A DNA stretch of 64,000 nt from assembly GCF_964194025.1 (NCBI RefSeq), contig NC_134468.1, positions 76,632,001-76,696,000 of the forward strand, given 5' to 3'. This document shows positions 12,906 through 25,082 of the stretch, piece by piece. The DNA comes from Convolutriloba macropyga (lineage: Eukaryota). Position numbers and translations under genes: made by a program. Position 1 is the stretch's first letter. Each line of letters opens with the position of its first letter. The notes beneath the pieces were generated by a model. That model was given only the letters and a program-made list of their open reading frames with translations. It was not told the origin of the DNA and did not search any database.

Positions 12906-13112
12906 ATGTCTGTTTGTATTGGTGGGGGTGGTAGTGGGGTTGAGAAGGAGAATGAGAAGCAACAGCAGTTTAAGTGTGAGACGTGCAAGAGACAGTTGGC
13001 AGGCGACAGGTACATTCAGAAGGATCACGACTACTTCTGTGTTCCCTGCTATGAGGAGAGATACTCAAACACTTGCCACAGCTGCTCAAACAAGATCAGA
13101 ACAGACTCCAAA
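12906..13112 (+). CDS. FHL2: FHL2/Limpet-like LIM protein, coding exon 1 (half-LIM plus start of LIM1)
   Basis: CACC-ATG with in-frame TGA upstream at 12861; FKCETC..RYI..YFCVPCYE..NTCHSC..DSK; donor GTCAGC at 13113, phase 0. Confidence 0.9.
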
Positions 13113-13593
13113 GTCAGCTCATTGAGGCTCTTTTCTATATTTTAGTAGCCGAGTTTGCCACGAGGCTCTTTTTTAATATTTTAGTAGCCCAGTTTGCCAA
13201 GCTTTAGGTCAGTTATTTAAAATTTCGATTTTCCGCTTGGCGTTTTGTATTTTTATTTATGGTATTTATTCTCTGGAAGAATATATGGAGACATGAAAAT
13301 GACGACGAGGAAGAGTTAGATGTTTTGTCAACCTCAAGTAATAGCGGAATTAATTTTATACAACCATGACAGGAAAATTGGAAAATTTGAACTATAAATG
13401 AGAGGAAAAGTGAATTGAAATTTTTTGATTTCGAAAAACTGACAGGAAAATCGGTCCTTACTGCCTAAAATGCTATTTGTTCTCATTTTAAAGCATTCTT
13501 TCTCATGTATTTAACTGTAGCTACTGCGCTGAATAAGAAAGTAAGCAAAGAAGACTATCTGAACAAGTAGCTTATTCTTTTTATTTTCTGTAG

Positions 13594-13768
13594 GATTTGG
13601 CCTATTTGGACAGACACTGGCATGAGCGCTGTTTCCTCTGTGAGCACTGTAAGGAACCACTAGTTGAAAAACTGTTTGGATGTCACGAAGAGAGGCTCTA
13701 CTGTGACTGTTGCTACGACAACCTGTTCGGCCTCAAGTGTGAGGCTTGTGGAAAACCATTCAAAGCTG
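13594..13768 (+). CDS. FHL2: FHL2/Limpet-like LIM protein, exon 2
   Basis: Acceptor TTTTCTGTAG; DLAYLDRHWHERCFLCEHC..KPFKA; donor GTAAAT, phase 1. Confidence 0.95.
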
Positions 13769-14422
13769 GTAAATATCATATTCTTCCTCTGCGTTTCTGT
13801 CCCAACTTCGTTATTAAATTATTTTGTTGATATTTTAGTGGTACGGTCAATTTTACGCCCAAAGCTTGCATCAGCATTAATCTCAACTATGAGCCAAGGG
13901 ACTTTTCTAATTCTAGATCCTGAAATACTCAATCAGAAGAAAAGAACGTGGACGAGCAAACCTTTTCAAAATTATAGCTATTTAAAAAGTTTCCGAACAA
14001 TTCATGCTGCTGTAATGTATACAACCTTAAGGAAGTCATATAAGGCAGGGCCCACTGTTTCATTCATATATTGACATGGGAGCAAAATTAAATCTCTCCT
14101 TGGAAAACTTAGTATCCATAAAAGGAACCATATATGGTACCTTAGTAACCATAGCAAGCTCATAAAACGAGATTTTGCATGGACCGTTATGGACCATATA
14201 TGGTCCGTTTTATGGTTAGCAATTTTGGTCAACCCGGGAGTTAAGGAAATGAGATCATCTTGAAATAATCGCTGGAAAATTGTTGGAGGTGGCTTGATAA
14301 TTATTAGATCACTCGGAAGCTTTTAATCCGTCTTTTTAGTCTTTCTTTCCCAGCACTTTTGATATGATTTCCACGCTGTCGTCAATGTATTGTCTGAGAG
14401 AGAGTGTGTGTATGTGTTGCAG

Positions 14423-14592
14423 GAATGAAGAAATTAGAGTGGAATGGGCAGCAGTGGCACGAGGACTGTTTCAAATGCACCAACTGCTCAACTGTGATTG
14501 GCTGCAGCTCCTTCCTCCCCAGAGGCAACCAGCCCTACTGTGTCCAGTGCTTCAACAACCTATTCGCACCCAAATGCACCCACTGCTCAAAG
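14423..14592 (+). CDS. FHL2: FHL2/Limpet-like LIM protein, exon 3
   Basis: Acceptor TTGCAG; GMKKLEWNGQQWHEDCFKC..SFLPR..CTHCSK; donor GTAGAC, phase 0. Confidence 0.95.
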
Positions 14593-15214
14593 GTAGACCT
14601 ATATAGTGCCTAATTGCATCTATTTCAAAAATGAACATGATTAGTTTGAAAATAAACACTGCCCCAGAACAGAATATTTTGTGCAACTCTGAATTTTTTA
14701 TACCCCGAATTGGTTTTTACAATTTACTCATTCATAACCTTTGGCTTCGAAAAGGTAACGTTTGCATAATAGTAAAATATATCAAGAACTAACCGATTCG
14801 AGTTTGATTCCTCAACAAAAATTGTAAGAAAACATTACCTTCACAATTATCTGAAGTATGTCTTTCTTATTGGAATTATTGTGCATCGTTACCCAAGTTG
14901 AACTAATGATCTGGTTGTACCTTTGGGATGTAACTTTTCTGAACCAAGAGCGGAATTAAGTTATGATGGCGAGATTGGATTTTTCTGTTCCTACCTTAAG
15001 TACGTTATGCTGTCGCCAATTATGGAGTTATCATAGAGCGATGTTGTGATGTTGTTTGATAATTATGATATGTGGGCTTTGGAGCCTAAAATGAACCCAC
15101 AAAGTAGTTGAGCGGCTTCAACGGAAAATAATAAAGATGTGATCAAAAATTGGCAGTGCATTAGTGTCTGATAATCGCTGATGGATTGATTGGTAGATTT
15201 ACAAAATGTTGCAG

Positions 15215-15401
15215 GCTGTAATGAAGGGTGGTGTGTTATACAAGAATGAGCCATACCATCGGGACTGTTTCAAATGCAGCCACTGTGCCAAGAAGCTTAA
15301 CGGACTCAAATTTGTCTCCAAAGAGGACAAGCCCTACTGTAGTGCCTGCCACGCAGAGCTATTCGCCAAAAGATGCACACAGTGCACTAAACCAATCATT
15401 G
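15215..15401 (+). CDS. FHL2: FHL2/Limpet-like LIM protein, exon 4
   Basis: Acceptor TTGCAG; AVMKGGVLYKNEPYHRDCF..FAKRCTQCTKPII; donor GTCAGT, phase 1. Confidence 0.95.
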
Positions 15402-16329
15402 GTCAGTTATCAAGTACAAAAAAAAATTACCATTTCAATTTTGCTATGCATTAGGGTGAATTGTACCGATTTCAAAGGTTTCTTCTAGGAGTATGTATTT
15501 GTTGACGTTAGTCTGCGCTTTCATTCTCAGGGTTTTATTAATAGTCGCCGTCCGCCTCTCAACGGCTATTATTTAGGCGCTCTTTTTACGACTCGAAGAG
15601 GAGTATTGAAGTCCTTTTAAAAAAATTTAATCCATTCTATTGGAGTGAATTTTGAAGCAGGAAATGGAACGCCTGAGAAATTGGGCGCTGAACAAAATTG
15701 AAGAGTGGAGGAAAAAAAGAGTCGTTTTGGTTCATACCACTGTTTTCGAGAGAGCGAGAAGTTGACGTCTGAAAAAATTTCCTTAAGCGAGCGAAATTTT
15801 TTGTTCACGTGCGGCTTTTTCAAACAGTTTTTTCTTCAATTTTGTTTTTGGTTTAGAACTTTGATTATGATATCATATTATTTTTAAGGTTGTTCGATAG
15901 TTGCTTGAAGGTTCCTGGTAATTAATATGAAATTTATGACAATTTGTATGTTTTTCAGCTATTTTGCCGAGTTTTAAGCGAATTTAGTCATTTTTTTTAA
16001 ATGTTTTTTGTTGAGAAATATGACAAAAATGGACAGAAATTTTCAAAGGTGTTGTCTTAATTTTTTGGCATTTTTTCGTGTTTTCTATAAACTTAGACTC
16101 GTTTTTAGTCTATTATGACTTCACTGTTGTTTTGCGGCCACTCTAATACTCTTATTTGACTAACTGATTTTTTCGTTGACTTATGTGACCGTGTAATATT
16201 AAAAAATAGTTACTCTTTTCTAGTTTTTTATTTTAATTTCTTTTACTTCAAAGTTTTTTCTCGTGAGTACTTTAGGTACGTACTAGTTTTCTGGATTGTT
16301 TCTTTGTTTTCTTCGAGTCGTTTCCAAAA

Positions 16330-16660
16330 TTCTTCCGGCTATGTTTTTTTTAAAATTCGCGTTACCTTTTAATCACGTTTTTCGTTTTACGTAAGTCACA
16401 ATTTCTGACTTATTTCAATCACTGCTTCAACTGAATGGATTTTAAATTCTTTCCCTCAGTTAGTTACGCAATGTAGTGAATACGGTCAAAGTCAAGAGAG
16501 CAGAACCAAAAGAAACGGGATAAACATATAAAGCCCGGTCATTAAGTCATAGTGCATTAGGTTATCAAAGTTGATTAAATCGATTGCTAAATGGAATTAG
16601 TATTATGCTTAATAGAGCTGAGTTTAGAAGCTCAATTAAGTGTAGTTTTAGAATCTAACC
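16330..16660 (+). repeat. Diverged homolog of the satellite monomer (decayed LINE) in FHL intron 4
   Basis: AAATTCGCGTTACC..TTTTACGTAAGTC..TAAAGCCCGGTCATTAAGTCATAGTGCATT aligns with 5750-6070. Confidence 0.7.
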
Positions 16661-17537
16661 GAATATGCAGAATTTGCGCACCAAATAAGAAAATTTCGAC
16701 ACTTCGAAAAATTTTGTCTATTTCTATCTTCATTTTTTTCTTTTTCTGTTTCAAACCCAATGTACGTCAATTGGGTCAACGGCGGCTATTTTCCGACATT
16801 TTTAGGTCTGTTTTCTCCTCGTTGAATTTTTTAAGCTACTGTCCTATAAGTTACTGGCTTTTCGTCCTCTCTAGGTTTTCATTGACCTAGTTTGATACTT
16901 CGACGCCTGCGTGAAATTTATTTTGCATTGGTTCTTTTAGTTGTCTTCTTTGGTTACGAGTAATTTGAATTTATTTAGTTTTTAATTTCTCGCAATCAGT
17001 GATCCGAATTTTGTTTGATTAGTTGATACTTCTTTTAGATGAGATCGGAATTCTGGAAATGTAACACAAGATGAATTTGTTTGTCTGGGAACATTAGATT
17101 AGTTTTGTCATTGTCTGGGAGAAATACGAGTGATATGCAAGGGTTTCGATGTTTCCTATGAAGAAACTTCTCATAAATATAAATGTGATAGATAAATTGT
17201 GATTCTGTTCCGTTTACACAAAAATGAATATTAAGCTCCCTCCTCGAAAAACAGTTCACTAAAGGGATTTTTGAGAATTGATGAATGCACTATGACAAAA
17301 AGTTGTCAGCACCTCGCGATAACCGTTTGGAAACATTTTCTCCTTAAGTTTTTTGTGTTGTAATGTTCATTCAGAAAAAAAAGTGATTGTAAATTAAATT
17401 TGTCATTGACACTTGAAAAAAAAACTGTTTTTCTTGTTTTTTTTTCAATAATGTCGCATTTGCTATGTTGGTTGTGGGGTTTTTATACTGTAGTAAAGTC
17501 CAAGAATTAATATTCTGATAACTGTTTATTTTTGCAG

Positions 17538-17836
17538 GCAATGGAGGTGGGACCAAATTCATTGCATTCGAAGGTCGGAATTGGCACAATGAGTGTTTCA
17601 ACTGCAGCTGTTCAACATGTGGAAACATCAGCTTGGTCGGCAAGGGATTTGTAATTGACCAGGAAAATGTACTCTGTGCCAACTGTGGAAAACTGCCTCA
17701 TAATAAGCGTACATACACGACCCTCAACATCAACGACTTGACAAAGACTGAAAATAAAATGTCTTTGGAAGTTGCTAATGGTGCTATGAATGGACCGACG
17801 CCTAACATTTCAGACGTGTCTTTGAAGAGCAAGTAG
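17538..17836 (+). CDS. FHL2: FHL2/Limpet-like LIM protein, exon 5 (last LIM plus C-terminal tail)
   Basis: Acceptor TTTTTGCAG; GNGGGTKFIAFEGRNWHNECF..LVGKGF..LCANCGK; stop TAG. The joined CDS is 1038 nt and in frame. Confidence 0.95.
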
Positions 17837-17963
17837 TAATATTTTACTTCGCAAATGAGAAACTTCACGAGGAATGAAACAGAGTTAGGTCAATTTTGTT
17901 GTTTTGTTTTTTATCCTTTGTCGAACTGTTTGTAAAAGTTGGTTCTGTTAGTTGCAGTGCAAT

Positions 17964-17969
17964 ATTAAA
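17964..17969 (+). promoter_or_regulatory. Candidate polyadenylation signal of the FHL gene
   Basis: ATTAAA ~130 nt after the stop codon. Confidence 0.4.
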
Positions 17970-19312
17970 GTAAATTCACTTTGCAAGAAGTGTCTTTTGC
18001 GACGCATTGATTGATGCCAATCTAGAAAAAGTACGAGCAGGCATCGTTGTTTCGCTAATTTGAACGGTCTCTTCTCTGTTTGCAAAAGTTTCTGGTCGAT
18101 GCAAACAAAAGTGTTCCTCAAATGCGTATTTTTCCGTTTTATTTTTTGTCAGAAGAGAAAACTTTAAACCGTTGAAACACTCGTGTGAAGTTTTAAAATG
18201 CCAGATCTCTGCAGTGCAAGACTTTCCTATATAACATGCCAGATTCTAGAATGCCAGATTTTCCCCAGATACAATGCCAGGTTTTTAAACTTCCGAAATT
18301 TTAAAATTTGCCAGGTGCTTGTTTGAAGCAGGGTTACGTAACTCTGATAAAGTGGCTTCGAAATTCTGGCTTATATATCAAATCGCAACGTGGTTCTCAA
18401 ATCGCAACGTGGTCTGATTTTCTCAGTGGATTCATTACAGTCACGTAACCTATACATAAAGATCGAGGTCAATAAGCCAAGATATGCTGCGTTTGGGCTA
18501 AAATCATGGCTAATAAAAATGCTGGGAGGTACGGCTTCACAGGAAAAGTGCATTTTCTTTAAATGTTTCGACAACTCGTTGGTTGCAATAGATTGTCAAT
18601 CGCCTGAAAGGTGTTTCAACCTTCATCATTGACGCCAAAATATGGCATTAGAGGAAATCATTCACAACTTAGGATATGTAAATTGAGTGACTCAATGCTT
18701 AAGTCAAATGCAAACTCAATAAGATTTGGCGCTTCATCGAATTGTGAATTAAACGTTGATCATGTCTCATTTTCCAAACGAAGTCCAGGAAAAGGAGGTT
18801 AAATTTCTGCATTTCGAAAAGATATTAAAATACTTAACACAAGTTACGCGCTTTCGTTGCTTCACCCCTGTTTTCAACTTCAAGGAGTGGCCCTGAGTAG
18901 TTAATTCATAATACTTAAAAAGGTATTGAAAATTGGAAAAATTGATCAATTTTTGGTTTCGACGAAGGACCCAGCCAGTGGTCTCTTCCTTAATTAAAAA
19001 TTAGAAGCAAAGGGTGGAAATTGCCAACTGCATGCAATTTGCACTATTGACACAAACTAGAACAACTGAAAGAGTAATTCAGTTGCTAATTAAATCAGAT
19101 TATATCAATCAGATTTATGCTTTCTTTGGAAATCAAATTTTTAAAGTACTGTTTGAAATGGAACAATTTACGTTTAGGAAAAAGTGTTTCTGGTCGCAAC
19201 GGCGATGTGGCTTGAGCCAAAGGACGTTCTCAATTGGCGGACAGATTCTTAGGTTTTTATTATTAGTTATTGAAACGGTATAACTGAAAATCAATTAGTT
19301 TTAATTGTCGAA

Positions 19313-19373
19313 TAAGTGCTCTCTGACGAAGTCCTCAAAAGGGGGATAAACACGTCGAGCCGAGAGTGCATTT
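19313..19373 (+). ncRNA. Degenerate minimal hammerhead-ribozyme-like motif of Penelope-like-element type
   Basis: CT-CTGACGA-A-GTCCTC-AAAA-GGGGGAT-AAAC-ACGTC-GAG: core CUGANGA, stem II, a damaged GAAA and a GUC cleavage triplet. Confidence 0.5.
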
Positions 19374-19542
19374 AATTTTTCTTAGATTCATCAAAACTGC
19401 CTGCCGCCACTAATTCATTGCCTCCAGTTATTCCGTCCTTAACCCCGCACGCCCGACCTCTTACTCCTAGATAAATTACAAATGAAAGTACATAGTTGGT
19501 ATCCTAAATACATTTTTCTGATGCTGAAATGATTTTCAGAAA

Positions 19543-20152
19543 TGTTAGAATATCGATCAAACTATAGTCTTAAACTTAGTGAGAATTAGAAAGAAAGTTT
19601 GACTTACCAGATTAGAAAGACAAGCAATATGATTTTAATCAAAGAAATTATATAAATGAATCGTCAAGAAATGGTGCTGAGAATCAATATTCGGTTCAAA
19701 TTGGTGAATCTAGATAACTATTATTAGAGTTAGATTAATTGATGTAAAATCTTCCCAGCATGTATTAAATGATGATGATATCTCCGGAAGTGTGAATGAA
19801 TTCGTAGAAAAGTGCAAATGCATTCCATTTATGGTTCCCTTTGCGACTGATTTGCAGAAGCAAGCCATATTGGGTAACCCTTGCGACCCCCAGTATAAAT
19901 CACGGTGCTAAGATTAGTTTTGTATCTTGACTTTTTCACACTGATAATGGGTATATATACAGCTGATTTTTGAGTCCTTTTTCATCCCCAAACTCAAATC
20001 ACTATCTTGATCTAATAATCAGATCTCTCCTGTAAATCTCTAAATTCTTCTGTAAAATATCATTTTGTTATTCTCTCATTTTTTGAGAAATTATTTCTTT
20101 TACTTAGTTAAAAACGCTTTTTATTCCGCTTGCGAAAGTCCATAACCCAACA
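19543..20152 (+). repeat. Copia 5' LTR
   Basis: TGTTAG..CCCAACA; 8 substitutions versus the 3' LTR, counted by eye. Confidence 0.97.
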
Positions 20153-20166
20153 GGTTATAGGCCCAG
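20153..20166 (+). promoter_or_regulatory. Copia primer-binding site (internal tRNAi-Met type)
   Basis: GGTTATAGGCCCAG directly after the LTR; one mismatch to the copia-type GGTTATGGGCCCAG. Confidence 0.85.
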
Positions 20167-20284
20167 CAATTTTATAAGTCATAAAATTAATTTCCAAAAC
20201 AAAACTAATTTGTTGTTGACAGTCATAATCCTTTTCTGCTTAGTACCTTTTCTTTTCACAACTGTTTTGCCTGCTCAAACTTCA

Positions 20285-23200
20285 ATGGATCAACAGACAG
20301 TGAAGCTGCTGACCTACACAGGAAAGGCACAGGACTTTCTAATCTGGAGCACAAGATTTGTGGCGATGATGCAGACGAAGGGACTCTACAAATCACTACT
20401 GGGGACAGAGGAGCAACCCAATGAGCCTGCGCCACTGGCCAATGGGGCAACCAATGATGAGAAGAAGAACCACAAGGTGCTGAAGGATGTATATGAGAAG
20501 GAAGTTGCAGACATCAAGGAGAAACGGAACAATGTGTGGTGCCATCTGGCACTGACTCTAGATGCAACAACCCTCATGCTGATGAGACATGACTGTGTGG
20601 GAGATGACGGCATTGGAGATGGAGCAAAGGCTTGGAAGCTTTTGCAAGAGAGATTTCAGAGTGTGGAGACACCGACAGTGGTGACTTTAGTGGCACAGCT
20701 TGCTCGACTGCAGCTCGAGGATTCTGAGGATTTGGACAGCTTCTTCATCAGAGAACAGGAGTTGCTCACAAGGCTACAAGAAGCAGGGGAAGCAGTCTCA
20801 GAGACCCTCTTCAACGCCTTGGTCCTCAATGGTCTGCCAATGAGGTATGAAAGTTTTGCTATACAGGAAAGCTTCAACCCGGCAACGAACTTCACAGAGT
20901 TGAGGAAAAGGCTGCAGAACTTTCATGAGAGCACGGTGCAGAGACACAAGGGACAAAGTGGTTCAGTGGCACTGGCAGTGAAGCGTGACTTCAAGAAGGG
21001 ACCCAAGAAAGGAAACTGCTTTGTGTGTGGGATCCCTGGACACTTTGCCAAGGACTGCAGGAAGAAGGAGACAGCACAATGCAGCAAGTGTGGTGAGAAG
21101 GGTCACCTAGACAGGGCATGCAAGAGACAAAGAGATGGAGGCAAACATGAGTCAGTGGCAAGGGGTCCAACATTGACTACACCAGACGAGGAATGCTGGG
21201 CAGCTCTTACCCAGTGGAAGACAGCAGGCATGCTAGTGGACAGTGGTTGTACAGATCACATAGTGACGAACATCGATGCGTTCCTGGAGTTTGTGCCCAT
21301 TCAATCAGTGGTCAGAAATCCCAACGGAGAGGCTTCCAGAGTGGTGGGCAGAGGCTGTGTGAGGATCAGCATACCCTCAAACAAAGGGGAATTCCAATGC
21401 GAACTCAAAAATGTTCTGTGTGTGCCGGACTATTCTTCAAACCTCCTATCAATCTCAAGATGCACGGAGTGGGGACATAGCTTCACTTTCGAGAGAGGAA
21501 ACAGCTGCATGAAACTCCAGAAGGGAACTCGGGTAAAACTAACACAAGAAAATAATTTGTTTTACTTACCCTGCAGCGTTCTAGAATTCAAGATGAGTTC
21601 CAACAGCGTGAAACTTGACAGTGCAAGGAAGTGGCACAGACGATTGGGTCATTTGAATCAAGCGGATGTGGTCAGGAATGCACCAGAGACAGTGGGGGAA
21701 CTCGATGATGTATGCAATGTGTGTGCATTGGCCAAGATCACAAAGACTCCAGTACCAAGAGTGGCAGAGACCCAAGCAGAAGAGAAGCTGGAGAGGGTGT
21801 TCACAGACGTGATGGGACCTTTCAGAGTAGAGTCACTGTCAGGGTTCCAGTTCTGCATAGTGTTTGCAGACCAGTACACGAAGTTTGTGTTTGTGGACTT
21901 GCTTAAGGCAAAGAGTGAAGCACTGGCCAGCCTGAAGAAATTTGTTCTCAATGTGGGGACGCCCAAGAAGCTGAGGCAAGACAATGCGAAGGAGTTTCTC
22001 TCAGAGCAGTTCAAGACGTACTGATTAGATGCAGGCATTCTACAGGAAAAGACCATACCAGAGACGCCACAACAGAATGGGTTAGCTGAGAGGTGCAACA
22101 GGACACTGCTTGAGATGGCAAGATGTTTGCTCATTGACTCAGGACTTCCCAAGATGATGTGGGGAGCAGCAATTCTTCACGCAGCAAGGATCAGAAACTT
22201 GGTTGTGAGACGAGGAGAAGAAAAATGCCCAGCAGAGCTGATGAGAGGTATAAAACCTAAGCTTTCAATTAGTAAATTATCTATTTTTGGTTGCACAGTC
22301 TTCATGAGGAAGAGGGACAGAGAAGTCAGCAAACTTGAACCCAAGGCACTGGAAGGAAAGTTTGTGGGTTACACTGAAGGAAAAAACGGATACCTGGTGT
22401 ACATACCCAACACACGCAAGGTGATGGCAGTTCGAGATGTGATCATCAAGTAGTCTGAAGTGGGCTCAATCCCTGACAACAAAGAAACGGCTGACCTACT
22501 AGATGATGGGTTGGAACTGGGAATCTGGCACCCAGATGATGGTCATCAAGATGATGACAACAGAGAACGACAGGACACATCTACTGCAATAAAGGAGGAG
22601 TGACATGACGCAGGGAGCGTGAATACTCAAGAAACAACACTGAGACCAGAGGCCTCAGATGTTGGAGAAACAGCACTAGATGAAGGATCTACTGCAACAA
22701 GAGGGAGTTACAGAGACTCAGAGTCACTGGAAGACAGTGACACAGAAGACTTCTCACAGTTAGAGACAGTTGGCTTCAATGAAGATGCACTGGAACACAC
22801 GGACAGAGCAGAACCCAGACGAGGGACACGAGCAAGGAATGTTCCGCAATTTTTTGGAGAAGTCAGGACCCATCTTGCTGTGACTGAGGGCGACTATGTG
22901 GAACCCAAAACAGTCTAGGAAGCCAAGCAAGGTGACGATTGGGACCAGTGGCACCGGGCAATGAAGGACGAGGTCAAGGCACTCCAAGACAACGAGACTT
23001 GGAACCTAGTGAGACCACCCACAGACAGGGACGTCATACCGAGCAAATGGGTCTACAAAGTGAAATTGGGACCCAGTGGTCAAGTGGACAAATACAAAGC
23101 GCGCTATGTGGCGAAAGGCTTCAAACAAGTGGAAGGACTGGACTACTTGGAGACTTTTGCGCCTACCTGTAAACCAGAGACATTCAGGATTCTACTTCAG

Positions 23201-24465
23201 CTATCAGCGAAACAATTTGATGCCAATTTGATGTCAAGACTGCTTTCCTGCACTCACCAATCGAGGAAGAAGTGTATCTGGAACAGCCACAGGAGTTTGT
23301 AAAACGCGGATCAGATGGGGAGAAGTTAGTATGTCGATTAAATAAATCAATTTATGGTTTGAAACAGGCTGCTAACAACTGGTACAAAGATCTGGCAAAC
23401 TTCCTACTGAGACAGGGGTTCACCAGAAGCAGGAACGATCGCTGCTTGTTCGCAAGATCAGAGGCAGAGGATCACACCTTCATCTTGGTCTGGGTTGACG
23501 ACATCATAGTAGCATCAAGAAGTATGACAGTGATCTCTGATGTCAAGAAGGCACTAGAAGCAACCCTTCACATGGAATACAGAGGGTGACTACACTGGTT
23601 TCTGGGTCTAAGAATCAGACGAGATGAGGGCAAAGTCACAGTCGACCAAGAACGCTACATAGAAACAATGCTTGAGCGGTTTCAAATGGATCAATGCAAA
23701 CTCTCAAGAACTCCAGCTGATTTGATTTTGAAACTTCAGACAGCACAGAACGGAGGCGAAGAAGTGGACCAGAGGATCTACAGAAGCTTGGTTGGATCAC
23801 TTCTGTATCTGGCCAAACAGACGAGGCCAGACATCATGTTCACAGTCAACATTCTGTCCAGACACATGAATGCACCTACCAATCAACACTGGATGTGCGG
23901 AAAACGACTTCTGCGATATCGTCAAGGTTCAAAAGGTTTAAAACTTACTTACACAAAAGAGGCTAGTTATGATTTAGTGGGGGAAAGTGATGCAGACTGG
24001 TCTGGAGACGTGAACTACAGAAAATCAACAACGGGCCTTTACTTCAAGCTCAACGGACGTGGCGCAGCACTCAGCTGGGGTGTCAAGAAGCAGGCCACAG
24101 TTGCTCTTTCTTCATCAGAAGCAGAATATCAGGGCATGGCAGCAGCAGTTCAGGAAGCACTCTACCTGAAACAACTTCTAGAGGATTTTGGCATCCAACA
24201 GAAACGTCCAATAGCAATTGGAGAGGACAACCAAAGTTGTATCAGACTCTGCCAAAACCTAGTCATGCACAAGAGGAGCAAGCACATCGAGACAAAGTTC
24301 CACTTCATTCGTGACAAGACTGAGGATGGGACTATTTCAATTCATTACGTCCCTACAGACAAAATGGCAGCGGACATCTTCACAAAGTCCTTACCCGTTT
24401 CGAAAGTGGAAACATTCAGAGCAATTTTGATGGGAGCAGACTCTACGCAATCAGCTCAAGTCTGA
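20285..24465 (+). pseudogene. Copia gag-pol polyprotein, disrupted
   Basis: Two CCHC knuckles, LVDSGCTDH protease, WHRRLGH..C..C and DDE integrase, YKARYVAKGF and WVDD RT, SDADW RNase H. In-frame stops at 22022, 22451, 22601, 22916 and 23587; frameshift near 23215. Confidence 0.95.
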
Positions 24466-24472
24466 GTGGGGG

Positions 24473-25082
24473 TGTTAGAATATCGATCAAACTATAGTCT
24501 TAAACTTAGTGAGAATTAGAAAGAAAGTTTGACTTACCAGATTAGAAAGACAAGCAATATGATTTTAATCGAAGAAATTATATAAATGAATCGTCAAGAA
24601 ATGGTGCTGAGAATCAATATTCGGTTCAAATTGGTGAATCTAGATAACTATTATTAGAGTTAGATTAATTGATGTAAAATCTTCCCAGCATGTATTAAAT
24701 GATGATGATATCTCCGGAAGTGTGAATGAATTCTTAGAAAAGTGCAAATGCATTCCATTTATGGTTCCCTTTGCGACTGATTTGCAGAAGCAAACCATAT
24801 TGGGTAACCCTTGCGACCCCCACTATAAATCACGGTGCTAAGATTAGTTTTGTATCTTGACTTTTTCACACTGATAATGGGTATATATACAGCTGATTTT
24901 TGAGTCCTTTTCCATCCCCAAATTCAAATCACCATCTTGATCTAATAATCAGATCTCTCCTGTAAATCTCTAAATTCTTCTGTAAAATATCATTTTGTTA
25001 TTCTCTCATTTTTTGAGAAATTAATTCTTTTACTTAGTTAAAAACGCTTTTTATTCCGCTTGCGAAAGTCCATAACCCAACA
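24473..25082 (+). repeat. Copia 3' LTR (preceded by PPT GAGTGGGGG, 24464-24472)
   Basis: Direct repeat of 19543-20152. Confidence 0.97.

Larger units (their letters stand above)
19543..25082 (+). mobile_element. Full-length Ty1/Copia LTR retrotransposon
   Basis: 610-bp TG..CA LTRs; 5-bp TSD AGAAA (19538-19542 and 25083-25087); PBS and PPT present; domain order gag-PR-IN-RT-RH. Confidence 0.98.
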
